Position numbers and translations under genes: made by a program. 41,769 nt of DNA from Gammaproteobacteria bacterium (lineage in GTDB: Bacteria; Pseudomonadota; Gammaproteobacteria; JAUZRS01). The notes beneath the pieces are model-generated. The model was not told the DNA's origin. It searched no databases and saw nothing but the letters and a program-made list of their open reading frames with translations. The stretch is from NCBI GenBank assembly GCA_030950195.1, contig JAUZRS010000175.1:1-41769 (forward strand), given 5' to 3'. Below are positions 1 through 9,577 of the stretch, piece by piece (within the stretch, counting starts at the first letter, position 1; every line of letters begins with the position of its first letter).

Positions 1-13
1 GTTCATTTGGCAC

Positions 14-54
14 AAAAAAAACCCCCGCTGAGCACAGCTCAAGCGGGGGTTTTT
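14..54 (-). terminator. Rho-independent terminator downstream of the 76-486 gene; looks bidirectional
   Basis: GC-rich stem CCCCCGCTGAGC (22-33) pairs with GCTCAAGCGGGGG (37-49). It is flanked by A8 (14-21) and T5 (50-54), so a U-tract follows the stem on either strand. Confidence 0.75.
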
Positions 55-75
55 AGAAACGTAGGTTTCTGGGTC

Positions 76-486
76 TTACTTGGCAGCAGGAGCAGCAACT
101 ACGGGAGCAGCAGCAGGCTCAACAGCCGCGACTGTGGTAGAAGCGGTGTCGGTTTTGGTGGCCACGTCGCTGTTGCCTTTAGCAGACGCGTTCATGCTGA
201 AACCGAAAGAACCGTTACCGTTAGCAGAACCGTTGCCGGTACCATTTCCAGCGCCGTTACCGTTGCTGTCGGTGCTGTCCATGTTGCCTTTGCTGTCGGC
301 ATCTGCTTTAGCAGACGCGTTCATGCTGAAACCGAAAGAACCGGTGCCGTTACCAGCAGTTTGTGTAGAACCGTTACCATTACCGTTGTTGTAGTTGCTG
401 TTGTCAGCAAAAGGACCCCACCAAGCTTGAGATGCAGCAGAAGCGGTCAACAGAGCAGCAGCAGCGATAATTTTCAATGTTTTCAT
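76..486 (-). CDS. Secreted Gly/Asn-rich low-complexity repeat protein, function unknown
   Basis: ORF track gives 76-501. I prefer the ATG at 486 because GGAG lies about 8 nt upstream. This gives the signal peptide MKTLKIIAAAALLTASAASQA|WWGPF. The mature part is NG(N/T/A)G tracts with two copies of GSFGFSMNASAK and an Ala/Pro/Val-rich C-terminus. A terminator follows the gene. Confidence 0.7.
   Translation of the reverse strand: MKTLKIIAAAALLTASAASQAWWGPFADNSNYNNGNGNGSTQTAGNGTGSFGFSMNASAKADADSKGNMDSTDSNGNGAGNGTGNGSANGNGSFGFSMNASAKGNSDVATKTDTASTTVAAVEPAAAPVVAAPAAK
178..343. repeat. 37-bp perfect direct repeat (178-214 and 307-343) inside the 76-486 CDS
   Basis: TTTAGCAGACGCGTTCATGCTGAAACCGAAAGAACCG occurs twice, 129 bp apart and in frame. 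It encodes the duplicated GSFGFSMNASAK block. Confidence 0.9.
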
Positions 487-683
487 TAGGTTAATCTCCA
501 AAAGTTTAATGTTCTAATTAAGTTAAAAAGGTTTGCTTAGGTTGTTGGCCGTGCCTGCCTAAACGATGAAATGAAGTCTATTAGTAATAACTAATATTAG
601 CAAGTTCTTTTTTACTTATTTTCTAAAATAGATTGAAAAAATATTTTAGATCTATTTGTGGCTGCTTTTGGAGGTTGAAGGGG

Positions 684-1550
684 CTATTCGACGTTTTGGA
701 TCTGCTCCCGCATCTGTTCGATCAATACTTTCAGCTCCACGGATGCGCCACTGGTGTCTACATCGCTGGCTTTGGCTCCCAGAGTATTGGCTTCACGATT
801 GAGCTCCTGCATTAGAAAGTCGAGGCGACGGCCTACGGGTTCCTGACGTTGCAAGACTTCATCGACTTCTTTTAGATGGGCGTTGAGGCGATCTAGCTCT
901 TCGTCGATGTCCTGTTTCTGCGCCAAGTAAACCAGTTCTTGTTCTAAGCGCCCGTTATCCGGTTCAAGGTTTAATTCATTAAGGCGCGAGCGCAGTTTGT
1001 TACGCATTTTTTCTTGAATCGCCGGTCGTTGCGTAGCGATGCGTTGGCTCAGTTCGGAGATCAGGTGGTGACGGCTTTGCAGCATGGTATTTATGCGTTC
1101 ACCTTCTCTCTCACGGGTGGCGACCAGATCATCAAGGCTGACGCTGAGCAAATCCAGAGTGGCATTTTTAACGGCTCTTAAGTCGGTTTCTTGTGGTTTG
1201 ATTATCCCAGGCCAGTTCAATATCTCCAGCGGGTTGAGGCGAGCGGCGTTCATCATCTGACCTTCCAGTTGATGGCAGGCGTGCAGCAGTGCTTTGGCAG
1301 CAGCCTCATTTATTTGCAGGGTGTCGCTGAGTTCTTCATTGGCTTTAAAGCGCAGATTGCATTCCACTTTGCCTCGCTTGAGGCGTTTGCCAATCAGTTC
1401 ACGCAGCTGTGGTTCCAATTCTCGAAGCTCTTCGGGCAGACGGATCGTGATTTCCAGATAACGGTGATTCACAGATCGCAGCTCCCAGATCAAGCTGCCC
1501 CAAGTGGCTTGCTGCTGTTGGCGGGCGTAGGCGGTCATGCTTTTTAACAT
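684..1550 (-). CDS. yicC: YicC/YloC-family stress-induced protein (endoribonuclease family)
   Basis: 288 aa. The N-terminus MLKSMTAYARQQQQATWGSLIWELRSVNHRYLE matches the E. coli YicC N-terminal pattern (SMTAYAR...WE.RSVN.RYLE). The C-terminus FLMQELNREANTLGAKA is the conserved YicC C-terminal motif. Confidence 0.85.
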   Translation of the reverse strand: MLKSMTAYARQQQQATWGSLIWELRSVNHRYLEITIRLPEELRELEPQLRELIGKRLKRGKVECNLRFKANEELSDTLQINEAAAKALLHACHQLEGQMMNAARLNPLEILNWPGIIKPQETDLRAVKNATLDLLSVSLDDLVATREREGERINTMLQSRHHLISELSQRIATQRPAIQEKMRNKLRSRLNELNLEPDNGRLEQELVYLAQKQDIDEELDRLNAHLKEVDEVLQRQEPVGRRLDFLMQELNREANTLGAKASDVDTSGASVELKVLIEQMREQIQNVE

Positions 1551-1720
1551 AAGGTAACTCCAGAGTGTACAAAGGTGGTGGTGAATAATCTCATAAGTAG
1601 AGATGAATGAGTTTCACTCAGGCGACGAGGCATTGTCCAGCCGTGTATAATTTGGCTTTTTTCTGCGGGGCATTTCAAAGGGTTGATGCAGAAACAGAAC
1701 GACGTATTGGAGCAGAAACA

Positions 1721-2317
1721 GTGAAAAGTATTGTATTAGCAACGGGTAACCCTGGAAAAGTTCGTGAGTTATCCGCCATGTTGAGTGGTTTGGGTTTTGG
1801 GATTCGTCCGCAGTCGGATTTTGCCGTGCCGGAAGCGGAAGAGACGGGGTTGACCTTTGTGGAAAACGCGATTATTAAGGCGCGTAATGCCGCTGCCCAC
1901 ACGGGGCTGCCTGCGATTGCCGATGATTCTGGCATTGAGGTGGATGCACTTAATGGTGCGCCGGGGATCTATTCGGCACGTTACGCCGGTGTCGGTGCCA
2001 GTGATCATGACAACAACGCCAAGTTGTTAGACGCTTTGAAAGAGGTGCCTGATGAGCAGCGCACGGCGCGTTTTCGGGCGGTGATTGTCTATTTGAAACA
2101 CGCTGATGACCCCTCGCCGATCATTGCCGAAGGGGCGTGGGAAGGGCAAATTTTGCATCAGGAAGAGGGTGATAACGGTTTTGGTTACGACACCCTTTTC
2201 TTTGTGCCAACGCACGGCATGGCTTCGGCGTTATTAGGCCCTGAGGTGAAAAATGGCCTGAGTCATCGTGGTCAGGCGTTGGGGCAGTTGGTTGCAGCGC
2301 TCAAAGTGATTGTGTAG
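1721..2317 (+). CDS. rdgB: Non-canonical purine NTP pyrophosphatase (dITP/XTP pyrophosphatase, RdgB/HAM1 family)
   Basis: The ORF track starts at 1607, but homology begins at VKSIVLATGNPGKVRE (GTG 1721, GGAG at 1709-1712). Motifs ADDSGIEVDALNGAPGIYSARY, FGYD and SHRG are present. The resulting 198 aa is the normal RdgB length. Confidence 0.88.
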   Translation: MKSIVLATGNPGKVRELSAMLSGLGFGIRPQSDFAVPEAEETGLTFVENAIIKARNAAAHTGLPAIADDSGIEVDALNGAPGIYSARYAGVGASDHDNNAKLLDALKEVPDEQRTARFRAVIVYLKHADDPSPIIAEGAWEGQILHQEEGDNGFGYDTLFFVPTHGMASALLGPEVKNGLSHRGQALGQLVAALKVIV

Positions 2318-2322
2318 GCATT

Positions 2323-2733
2323 TCAGCCATACTTGGATTTGACCTGCATCATTAAGTTATACAGGTCACTGATCAACCATAACTCGCTGATTTTTTCTTT
2401 TTCAAAGGTGAAAATGGCCAAGCCGTCGTAATAGACACGGCGGCCATTGGCGGCTTTGCCAAACAGTTCTTTCTGCTGAGTGCCACTGAAAGAGAGGCGG
2501 GCAACCACTTTGTTCTCTTCGGCAATCAGATCGTCAATGGCGCTGTGAAAGTCGGGAAAAACACGGTGTACGGTGTCGGCGTAGTCAATGAAGCCCTGTC
2601 GTCCGGTTTTATAGAGCCCAGTGGAGCCGTGTAAAATAAACTCATCATTCAGCAGCTCATTGGTGAGTTGAAAATCCCAGTGGTTCCACATCTCTTCGTA
2701 AAAACGCCGTACCAGTCCTTTGTTGTGTTGCAT
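2323..2733 (-). CDS. SnoaL-like ester cyclase family protein
   Basis: 136 aa. NKGLVRRFYEEMWNHWDF...LNDEFILHG...GRQGFIDY is the typical N-terminal signature of the SnoaL/ester-cyclase (NTF2-like) family. Confidence 0.6.
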   Translation of the reverse strand: MQHNKGLVRRFYEEMWNHWDFQLTNELLNDEFILHGSTGLYKTGRQGFIDYADTVHRVFPDFHSAIDDLIAEENKVVARLSFSGTQQKELFGKAANGRRVYYDGLAIFTFEKEKISELWLISDLYNLMMQVKSKYG

Positions 2734-2998
2734 GTTTGCCTCATGTTGTTGGTGATGCCGCGCAGCCTTTCCTTTCTGCTCAGCGTTAATTTGTATCTGC
2801 TAATAAAGTTAATAACCTAAGTGGGCTGATAAAAGACTGACCACACGAGCCGCTAGGGCAGAAAATTTTCTTTTTTGTGTATGGATTTGAAACCGTGAAC
2901 TGAGGTTGGCTCACTGTTTTACAACGCTTGTGCTAGGGCAAAGGGGTATTGTGTCTGTTCTTAGAGGCAAGGTTTATCTGAAGTTAAAGGAAAAAATT

Positions 2999-3550
2999 AT
3001 GCAAAAATCAACACTTAACTGCATTACCGGTTCGTTTGTCTTTTTGTTGATTGGGCAGGCCGCAGCGGGGGGGTTTAAGTTTCGGGCGCGTGAGCATTTT
3101 GCTTCCCATCAGATTACGCTCAAGGATGGCAGTGCAAGCACGTATCAAGGTTTGAGCAATACGATCAACTTTTGGTGGGAAGAGCCGCGTCGTTATTCTT
3201 TGGGTCTGGCTTTTAACCCTCTGCTGGGTTCGGCTAAAGTGAAGAGTGCTCAGGATGCAAGGCTGGGTAATGAGGTGAAATTGATTACCGTTGGTCTGGA
3301 GGGGAAATATTATCATCGTGATATTGCCGATAATCTATTTTCTCGTCTGGGTGTGGGCTACGCTCGTTTGAATCACAACGGTTCTGCTGCTGATCTGGAG
3401 GGCTATCATGTCTACTTCGGCGCAGGCTGGGAGTTCGAGGTAAAAGGTGTGGGCATTGCCTTGGAATTGGCCTTTCGTCACTCTGGATTAGAGCAAGATG
3501 CTGTTGTGAAGAGCATTACCCCTTCGCTTGGGGTTCATTTTTACCGTTGA
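2999..3550 (+). CDS. Putative small outer-membrane beta-barrel protein, function unknown
   Basis: Start trimmed to the ATG at 2999 (AAAGGA upstream), giving the signal-like MQKSTLNCITGSFVFLLIGQAAAG. The sequence has alternating hydrophobic/polar beta-strand periodicity and an aromatic-rich C-terminus GVHFYR. No specific family recognised. Confidence 0.4.
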   Translation: MQKSTLNCITGSFVFLLIGQAAAGGFKFRAREHFASHQITLKDGSASTYQGLSNTINFWWEEPRRYSLGLAFNPLLGSAKVKSAQDARLGNEVKLITVGLEGKYYHRDIADNLFSRLGVGYARLNHNGSAADLEGYHVYFGAGWEFEVKGVGIALELAFRHSGLEQDAVVKSITPSLGVHFYR

Positions 3551-3615
3551 TATTGCATAAGCTCGTGAGAGAGTTGACTGTATTTTTTAATGAGGAACAA
3601 TTTTTTACTACGACG

Positions 3616-5304
3616 CTAAATTCTAAACTGCTGAGTCAAACTCAGTAGGCGACTGGCCAGTTGTTCTACCTGTTGTACCTGATTGCTGCTGTGCTCCCCT
3701 GCTTGAGCGGCGGCGCGCGAGGTGGCGCTGATGCCGGTTAGATTTTGGTTGACGCTGCCGATGGTCTGCTCCTGTTGTTTGGCGGCGGAGGCGATTTGTA
3801 AGTTCATGTTGCGCACGGAGTTGACCGAGTGGGTTATTTGACGCAGTTGCCCACCCACTTTGCTGGAGAGATGTAGGGTTGCTTTGGCTTGCTGTTGGCT
3901 CTGTTGCATGGCGCTGACCACCTCTTTGGTGGTGGTGTGTAAGCGCTCGGTCATGCCTTGAATTTTTTGTGTTGAGGCTTGGGTGCGAGAGGCCAAAACA
4001 CGCACCTCATCGGCCACCACCGCAAAGCCGCGTCCCTGTTCGCTGGCGCGCGCCGCTTCGATGGCAGCATTGAGTGCCAGCAGGTTTGTTTGGTCGGCGA
4101 TGCTGCGAATGACATCTAAGACTTCACTGATTTCATCCACGTCCGTTTGCAGGCGGGTAAGGGAGTTCACAGCTTCACCAATGTGATTGGAGAGCTGCTG
4201 AGTGGATTGCATGCTGTTCTGTACGATCTGCTCGCCCTGTTCGGTGTTTCGCGTGGTTTGTTGGGTGGTATCGGAGGCTTTTTCGGCATGACGGACGATG
4301 TCACGGGCAGAGATTTCCAATGCGCCTGCCGAGGTGGTGACGCTGCCGGTTTCTCGGTCTTGATCAATGACCCGCTGACTCGACTTTTGATTGGCGGAGC
4401 TTAACGATTGTGATAGGTGAGAGAGTTCGCCTGTGACCACGATAACCTCGGAGACAATGGCGCTGAATTTCTGCATGACTTGGTTAAACGCATGGCCAAT
4501 TTGTGCGACTTCGTGTTTGCCGGTTTCATCCAGTCGTTGGCTTAGGTCACCCTCTCCTTGAGCTATTTTATCCAGCGCAGTAATCACTTGATTAAGGCGT
4601 TTGCCAATGGTGCGCTGGAAAATAAAATAGAGCGATACCCCGAGCAGCAGCCCCACCAGCGCCAGAGCGATTATAAAACCGTTGCTGATACCGTTGGCGA
4701 TCAGCAGTTGTTTGTCAATGGGGGTGATGATCTCCAGTACGCCGCGCATCTCACCCAATTGCCAGTCGTCTTTGGGGGTGTCGAGGCGGTTGTTATGGCA
4801 ATTGACGCAGGTCTCGTTGATCATCACATCAGCAACGCCAACTCGGACGCTGGTTTTTCCTTGGTGCTGTTCGGTGCGCACAAAGGGCGCTGTGGGTGTT
4901 TCACTGAGTGCTTGCCAAGCGTCTTCTTCGAAAGTGTCCAGAAGGCGGTCTGTTCGATTGGGAAAGGGGTAGGCGGAATAGAGTCGAATGGTGGTGCCGT
5001 TATTTTGCAATAAATCGCTGAGATCGTGAATCAGGGTGGCGGGCAGCGGGATGCTGTTGGTTTCGTTTTTATGTTTAATTGAGGCTTTAAAATGGCCATT
5101 TTTGATCACTTTAGCGACCACGTTTTTGGTGTAGTAGGCGCGAATGGTTTTGAATTGTTGCGCTATTTGCAGTGCTTGATCTAAGGCGATCTGCTCTTCA
5201 AACTGTTGCATGGCACGGGGGACGTAAACGCTGATGGCCACAAAACTCAGCAGACAGAGTGCCAGAATGGGGATAAAGAGTCGCCAAAAGAGAGAGTGTT
5301 TCAT
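3616..5304 (-). CDS. Methyl-accepting chemotaxis protein with periplasmic CXXCH (haem-c) sensor domain
   Basis: 562 aa with an N-terminal TM, a roughly 170-aa periplasmic domain containing ETCVNCHNN, and a second TM ([20 protein letters not shown]). A HAMP domain follows. The highly conserved MCP signalling hairpin is present: [40 protein letters not shown]. Confidence 0.88.
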   Translation of the reverse strand: MKHSLFWRLFIPILALCLLSFVAISVYVPRAMQQFEEQIALDQALQIAQQFKTIRAYYTKNVVAKVIKNGHFKASIKHKNETNSIPLPATLIHDLSDLLQNNGTTIRLYSAYPFPNRTDRLLDTFEEDAWQALSETPTAPFVRTEQHQGKTSVRVGVADVMINETCVNCHNNRLDTPKDDWQLGEMRGVLEIITPIDKQLLIANGISNGFIIALALVGLLLGVSLYFIFQRTIGKRLNQVITALDKIAQGEGDLSQRLDETGKHEVAQIGHAFNQVMQKFSAIVSEVIVVTGELSHLSQSLSSANQKSSQRVIDQDRETGSVTTSAGALEISARDIVRHAEKASDTTQQTTRNTEQGEQIVQNSMQSTQQLSNHIGEAVNSLTRLQTDVDEISEVLDVIRSIADQTNLLALNAAIEAARASEQGRGFAVVADEVRVLASRTQASTQKIQGMTERLHTTTKEVVSAMQQSQQQAKATLHLSSKVGGQLRQITHSVNSVRNMNLQIASAAKQQEQTIGSVNQNLTGISATSRAAAQAGEHSSNQVQQVEQLASRLLSLTQQFRI

Positions 5305-5483
5305 GTGGATGCCCGTGCATTGATTTCATAAAAGAGAATGAAAAAGATGCAGAGCAATGATTGCGCCCAAGGAGGGGGCGATGAGAAAACGGCTGATAGC
5401 GTCTATTTTATTTGGGCGTGTGTTGCAGCTCTTTTAGCTTGATGCAGACTTCCATCTCAACACAGGTTTTTTTTGGGAGACAT

Positions 5484-6674
5484 TTACAACGTGCAACCAC
5501 TGCCCAAAATAGAGCCACTGGTCACAGGGTCTTGTGCCCAGTCACCAACTAACGTGGTGCCTGTTGATTTCAATGTAAAAGAAGTGCTATCACTGATAGA
5601 ACCGAACCAACTGTCGGTTGTGGCGGAGTAGTTGGCTGTCAGTGGTAAAGAGGTGTTGCTGACGTAGTTATAAACAATTCCGCTGAGTGTGTTATTGGCA
5701 TCGCTGTCAAAGGCATAAAATCCCAGCACCGTACCGCTGCTGTCGCTGTAAAGAGCGGTGTAACGTTGAGTCGCGCTGCTGCTGTGGCCGACTCGACGGG
5801 TGTTAAACGTGCCACCGACCTGCGTATCAGCGTCGTTCCAACTGCCCTCAATGCCGTTGGTTGAAGTTAATTGACCGCTGTAGGCGGTGTTGCTGTTGTC
5901 TAAGTAGGCGCGGACATTCTGGGTGTAGCCCAGCGCCAGATCGTTGTTGTGTTGGGCGGAGATAAAAAAGTGCTGGTTGTTTTGGGTGGAAAGAGTGCCA
6001 CTCAATTTGCCGCTATTGGCATCGAGAATAAAGGCGATATTGCCCTCGGGTGCCGCTTGGGTTGGGCTGGTGACGGTGAGTGGGTCGGTTGTGTAGCTGC
6101 CGACAAACGCGCCGTTGCCTTGGCAGCGCAGCGAAGCGAGAAGGTGAGTTTCGGCTTCAAGGGCGGTGGGGAGAACGCTGGCACGGCCATCGAGGCTGGC
6201 GATCAAAGCGACGGTGCTGGTGAGTGTATTTTGAGTCTCAAAGTTAGGGTTACTAAAGTCGATGGTACTCCAGCCGGTGCCTGCGCTGGCGGAGGTTTGT
6301 ACTGCTGTTGAAATTTGCAGGCCGTTGCTGGCATCGCCGTCGCTGTCCAACATCAAGAGAAAACGGCTGATATTGGTGATGGTGTTGGCATCACTGGAAA
6401 GATCCGTGGGCATTACCCGTCCGTTGTTGACGTTGGCGCTGCCAAAATCAATCGGGCCTAAGAAAAAATTAACCGGTTGCCCGACTTCATAAATGAATTG
6501 GCCTCTGTCATTGGTGTTGCCGCTCTGTGCGCCGGAGCGGTAACTGAGCCCTGCAACGCGGCTGTCGATAAAGGTGCCGCTGGCGGTTTGTATGGTCACG
6601 TTGTTGCTGCTGGTGTCACTACAGGCGTTTAAAATCAATAGACTGGTGGCGAGAGTAAGAAGCACTTTTTCCAT
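5484..6674 (-). CDS. Lipoprotein of unknown function (Ser/Thr/Asn/Gly-rich)
   Basis: The N-terminus MEKVLLTLATSLLILNAC carries a lipobox (L-N-A-C). The 396-aa protein is acidic, poor in Lys and rich in S/T/N/G, with beta-strand-like repeats. No family recognised. Confidence 0.6.
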   Translation of the reverse strand: MEKVLLTLATSLLILNACSDTSSNNVTIQTASGTFIDSRVAGLSYRSGAQSGNTNDRGQFIYEVGQPVNFFLGPIDFGSANVNNGRVMPTDLSSDANTITNISRFLLMLDSDGDASNGLQISTAVQTSASAGTGWSTIDFSNPNFETQNTLTSTVALIASLDGRASVLPTALEAETHLLASLRCQGNGAFVGSYTTDPLTVTSPTQAAPEGNIAFILDANSGKLSGTLSTQNNQHFFISAQHNNDLALGYTQNVRAYLDNSNTAYSGQLTSTNGIEGSWNDADTQVGGTFNTRRVGHSSSATQRYTALYSDSSGTVLGFYAFDSDANNTLSGIVYNYVSNTSLPLTANYSATTDSWFGSISDSTSFTLKSTGTTLVGDWAQDPVTSGSILGSGCTL

Positions 6675-6776
6675 GAGATCATCCTAAAGGGCGGGTTGGG
6701 TTAAGGCTGATTTTAGTGTTTGAGTAAAGCAGAGCTGAAGAAGAGAGACAAGTGACGCAGATGCTTTTTTGAAGAT

Positions 6777-6818
6777 AAAAAAAACGGCAAATGATCTGAT
6801 AAAGAGTCAATGTGCCGT
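6777..6818 (-). terminator. Rho-independent terminator (minus strand) downstream of the 34-aa ORF
   Basis: On the minus strand, the stem ACGGCA (6813-6818 on +) pairs with TGCCGT (6784-6789 on +). A U8 tract follows (A8 at 6777-6784 on +). Confidence 0.55.
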
Positions 6819-6878
6819 GGTGGGTTTAGGGTGCAGTAATAAACCGTAGCGGTTTTTCATCACTTCTATGTGCATCGC

Positions 6879-6983
6879 TTAGAACATACCATTGTCCAGC
6901 ATCATGGCGATGGAAACGCGAAGGGTGATGGTGAATAAAATGAAGCCGCTGATGATCAGGGTAATAACGCTGCTCTGTTGCAT
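6879..6983 (-). CDS. Small hydrophobic protein, 34 aa (not in the ORF track)
   Basis: Manual translation gives MQQSSVITLIISGFILFTITLRVSIAMMLDNGMF*. GAGGA lies 7 nt upstream of the ATG. The product has one predicted TM helix, and a terminator lies about 60 nt downstream. Confidence 0.4.
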   Translation of the reverse strand: MQQSSVITLIISGFILFTITLRVSIAMMLDNGMF

Positions 6984-7173
6984 GATTGAATCCTCAATAT
7001 GTTGTTTTAGATAGAGTTTGTTAACTCTGTGCTGTTGTTAGCTAGAATAGCGCCCTTTTATTAAAGGGATTGGAACGCCTTCACATTTTGAATGATAAGC
7101 GGATCACAAAACTGGTCTTAATGGCTGTTTTTCTTGGGTTTTATGATCCAGTAGACATTTTTTAGGCAGGCAT

Positions 7174-7209
7174 AAAAAAACGGCAAGTGATAATAAAATC
7201 AGCTTGCCG
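7174..7209 (-). terminator. Rho-independent terminator of gor (minus strand)
   Basis: The stem CGGCAAG (7181-7187) pairs with CTTGCCG (7203-7209). A7 at 7174-7180 becomes a U-tract after the stem on the minus strand. It lies 44 nt after the gor stop. Confidence 0.6.
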
Positions 7210-7252
7210 TCGATGTTTTGTTTTACGCCTAGTGTTGTATTTTGTGCGAGCG

Positions 7253-8605
7253 TTAGCGCAAGGTAACCAACTCTTCAGAGCTGGTGGGGTGAATGGCAAC
7301 GGTATCATCAAGATCTGATTTGGTGGCCCCCATGCGAATGGCGACGGCAAACCCTTGCAGCATCTCGTCGGCACCTGGCCCAATGATGTGGCAGCCGATG
7401 ACCTTCTCCTCGGCACCGACGGTGATCAGTTTCATCGCGGTGGGTACCTTGTGTTCGGTGAGGGCGTGATACATAGAGGTGAAACGGGTTTGGTAGACCT
7501 TGACCGCTTTGCCGTGTTCTTCACGGGCATCTTCTTCACTGAGGCCGACGGTGCCGATGGGCGGATGGCTGAAGACCACACTGGCGATGTTGTCGTAGTT
7601 TAGATAGCGGTTCTCTTTGCCATCAAAGAGACGATCCGCAAGACGGCGCGCTGCTGCGATGGCGACGGGAGTGAGTTGCGCTTGGCCGGTGACATCACCC
7701 AAGGCGTAGATGCCTTCAAGACGGGTGTTTTGGTACTTATCAGTGGTGATGTAGCCCCAGTGATCCAGTGGGATGCCAACCTCGTCTAGGTTCAGCCCCG
7801 CCAGCGCAGGGCTGCGCCCGATGGCCCAGATTACCGCGTCCAGATCTTTCAGCTCCATATTATGATCACTGATTAAGGTGATTTGGCCATTGTCCTGCTG
7901 TTTTAGCTCGGTGGCTTGGCAGCGGGGCAGAATGTTAACCCCGTCGTCCAACATGCTTTCCATTAAGGTGTCGCGCAGCATGGCATCAAAGTTACCCAGC
8001 AGATGTTCTTTGCGCAGCAGCAGATTCACGTCGCTGCCGAGGGCTTGCAGCAGACCCGCCAGCTCCACGGCGATGTAACCGGAGCCAATGATGGCGACCC
8101 GTTTAGGTTGTGTTTGCAGCTCAAAAAAGCCATCGGAGGTGATGCCCAGTTCGGCACCTGGGATTTCGGGCACGTCGGGTTTGCCGCCTGGAGCGATGAC
8201 GATGTGATCGGCGCTGTACTGTTCGCCGTCCACCTCAAGGGTGTGTTGATCGACAAAACGGGCAAAGCCCTGAATATGCTCAATCTTCGAATCTTGCAGG
8301 TAGTTGATGTACCAGTCGTTGATGCCTTGGATATACGCATCGCGTTTGGCCACCAAGGTGCTCCAGTCAAAGCCTTTTTGCTCGATGGCAAAGCCGTAAT
8401 CGGCGGCATCGGAGAGGTGATGTGCCAGCGAGGCGGCGTGCCACATCACTTTTTTGGGTACGCAGCCGCGATTGACGCAGGTACCGCCGAGGTCGTTATT
8501 GACTTCGACCACGGCGCATTTCATGCCGTAATGAGCGGCGCGTTCGGCGACGGATAAACCACCGCTACCACCACCGATGGCAATCAGGTCATAATGTTTT
8601 TTCAT
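7253..8605 (-). CDS. gor: Glutathione-disulfide reductase
   Basis: 450 aa. Contains [12 protein letters not shown] (FAD), the redox-active [13 protein letters not shown], a second dinucleotide fold [12 protein letters not shown], and the C-terminal [12 protein letters not shown] typical of glutathione reductase. Confidence 0.9.
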   Translation of the reverse strand: MKKHYDLIAIGGGSGGLSVAERAAHYGMKCAVVEVNNDLGGTCVNRGCVPKKVMWHAASLAHHLSDAADYGFAIEQKGFDWSTLVAKRDAYIQGINDWYINYLQDSKIEHIQGFARFVDQHTLEVDGEQYSADHIVIAPGGKPDVPEIPGAELGITSDGFFELQTQPKRVAIIGSGYIAVELAGLLQALGSDVNLLLRKEHLLGNFDAMLRDTLMESMLDDGVNILPRCQATELKQQDNGQITLISDHNMELKDLDAVIWAIGRSPALAGLNLDEVGIPLDHWGYITTDKYQNTRLEGIYALGDVTGQAQLTPVAIAAARRLADRLFDGKENRYLNYDNIASVVFSHPPIGTVGLSEEDAREEHGKAVKVYQTRFTSMYHALTEHKVPTAMKLITVGAEEKVIGCHIIGPGADEMLQGFAVAIRMGATKSDLDDTVAIHPTSSEELVTLR

Positions 8606-8662
8606 TTTTCTGCCTCAGGTAAAATTTGTGGCGCTACTGTAGCAATTTAGATTGAGAAACGC

Positions 8663-9577
8663 ATGACTTCACCGTTGAGAAACTCCTTTTTTTCCCGTTT
8701 AAATGTCACTTTTTTAGCCGGTCGTCTGCATCAGTACGCTCTGTTGGTGCGTTTGCATCGTCCTATCGGCATCTATTTGTTGCTGTGGCCGACCTTGTGG
8801 GCGCTCTGGATTGCAGCAGAAGGGGTGCCAGATCCGTTGATTTTGGCGGTGTTTCTGGGCGGTACGGTGTTGATGCGTTCGGCGGGCTGTGCGATTAACG
8901 ATTATGCCGATCGCAATGTGGATGCCCATGTAAAACGCACCGAACAGAGGCCGATTGTGGCCGGTCGAGTCTCCCCAAAAGAGGCGTTGTGGGTGTTTGT
9001 GGTTTTGTCTTTATTGGCGTTTTGTTTGGTTTTGTTGCTGGATTGGAACACGGTGTTGCTCTCGTTTGGCGCGGTTTTACTCACGGCGATCTATCCCTTT
9101 GCTAAGCGGTACACCCATCTGCCGCAAGTGGTGTTGGGGGCGGCCTTTGCGTGGGCCATTCCGATGGCGTTTATGGCGCAAACGGGGGAGTTAACCCAAG
9201 TAACGTGGTTGCTCTATCTGGCCACCCTGCTCTGGACGTTGGCTTATGACACCTTCTACGCGATGGCGGATCGGGAGGAGGATTTGAAGATTGGGGTCAA
9301 GTCTACGGCGATTTTGTTTGGTGAGATGGATCGGGTGGTGGTGGCGAGCCTTCAGCTGTTGACGCTGCTGACGTTGCTGCTGGTGGGCAGCCAATTGGCT
9401 TTGAGTGTTTATTATTATTTGGCGTTGGGTTTTGCTTCTCTGTTGCTGCTGTATCAGCAATTTTTAGTCAAAGATCGTCAACCAGAGCGGTGTATTGCTG
9501 CTTTTTTGAATAATCATTGGTTTGGAATGGTGGTTTTTGTTGGTTTGGTGGCGCATTATTTTTTTCAAGTAGGATAA
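8663..9577 (+). CDS. ubiA: 4-hydroxybenzoate polyprenyltransferase
   Basis: Collinear with E. coli UbiA motifs: [86 protein letters not shown]. Confidence 0.92.
   Translation: MTSPLRNSFFSRLNVTFLAGRLHQYALLVRLHRPIGIYLLLWPTLWALWIAAEGVPDPLILAVFLGGTVLMRSAGCAINDYADRNVDAHVKRTEQRPIVAGRVSPKEALWVFVVLSLLAFCLVLLLDWNTVLLSFGAVLLTAIYPFAKRYTHLPQVVLGAAFAWAIPMAFMAQTGELTQVTWLLYLATLLWTLAYDTFYAMADREEDLKIGVKSTAILFGEMDRVVVASLQLLTLLTLLLVGSQLALSVYYYLALGFASLLLLYQQFLVKDRQPERCIAAFLNNHWFGMVVFVGLVAHYFFQVG

Noticed and set aside
7-489. 160-aa and 104-aa plus-strand ORFs (7-489 and 80-394)
   Set aside because: They mirror the low-complexity repeat gene on the minus strand. Only the minus-strand frame has an SD, a signal peptide and a terminator.
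623-657. AT-rich inverted repeats CTAAAATA/TATTTTAG and AAATAGAT/ATCTATTT after yicC as a terminator
   Set aside because: The stems are all A-T and are not followed by a U-tract in the yicC direction. They are too weak to call.
1607-1720. N-terminal extensions of ORF-track calls (rdgB 1607-1720, OMP candidate 2906-2998, DUF2237 15881-15970, pyrE 25413-25457, secB 36288-36299, repeat protein 487-501)
   Set aside because: Family homology and normal protein length begin at the internal start codons, and these have better SD sequences. The extensions are longest-ORF artefacts.
8003-8557. Antisense ORFs inside gor, bioF (14449-14994), bioB (13577-14032), pntB (28590-29174), pntAA (30416-30898), the phosphatase gene (20225-20677, 20693-21025) and the MCP gene (4558-5013)
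   Set aside because: All are embedded opposite well-supported genes. They lack recognisable motifs and are explained by the absence of stop codons in antisense frames.
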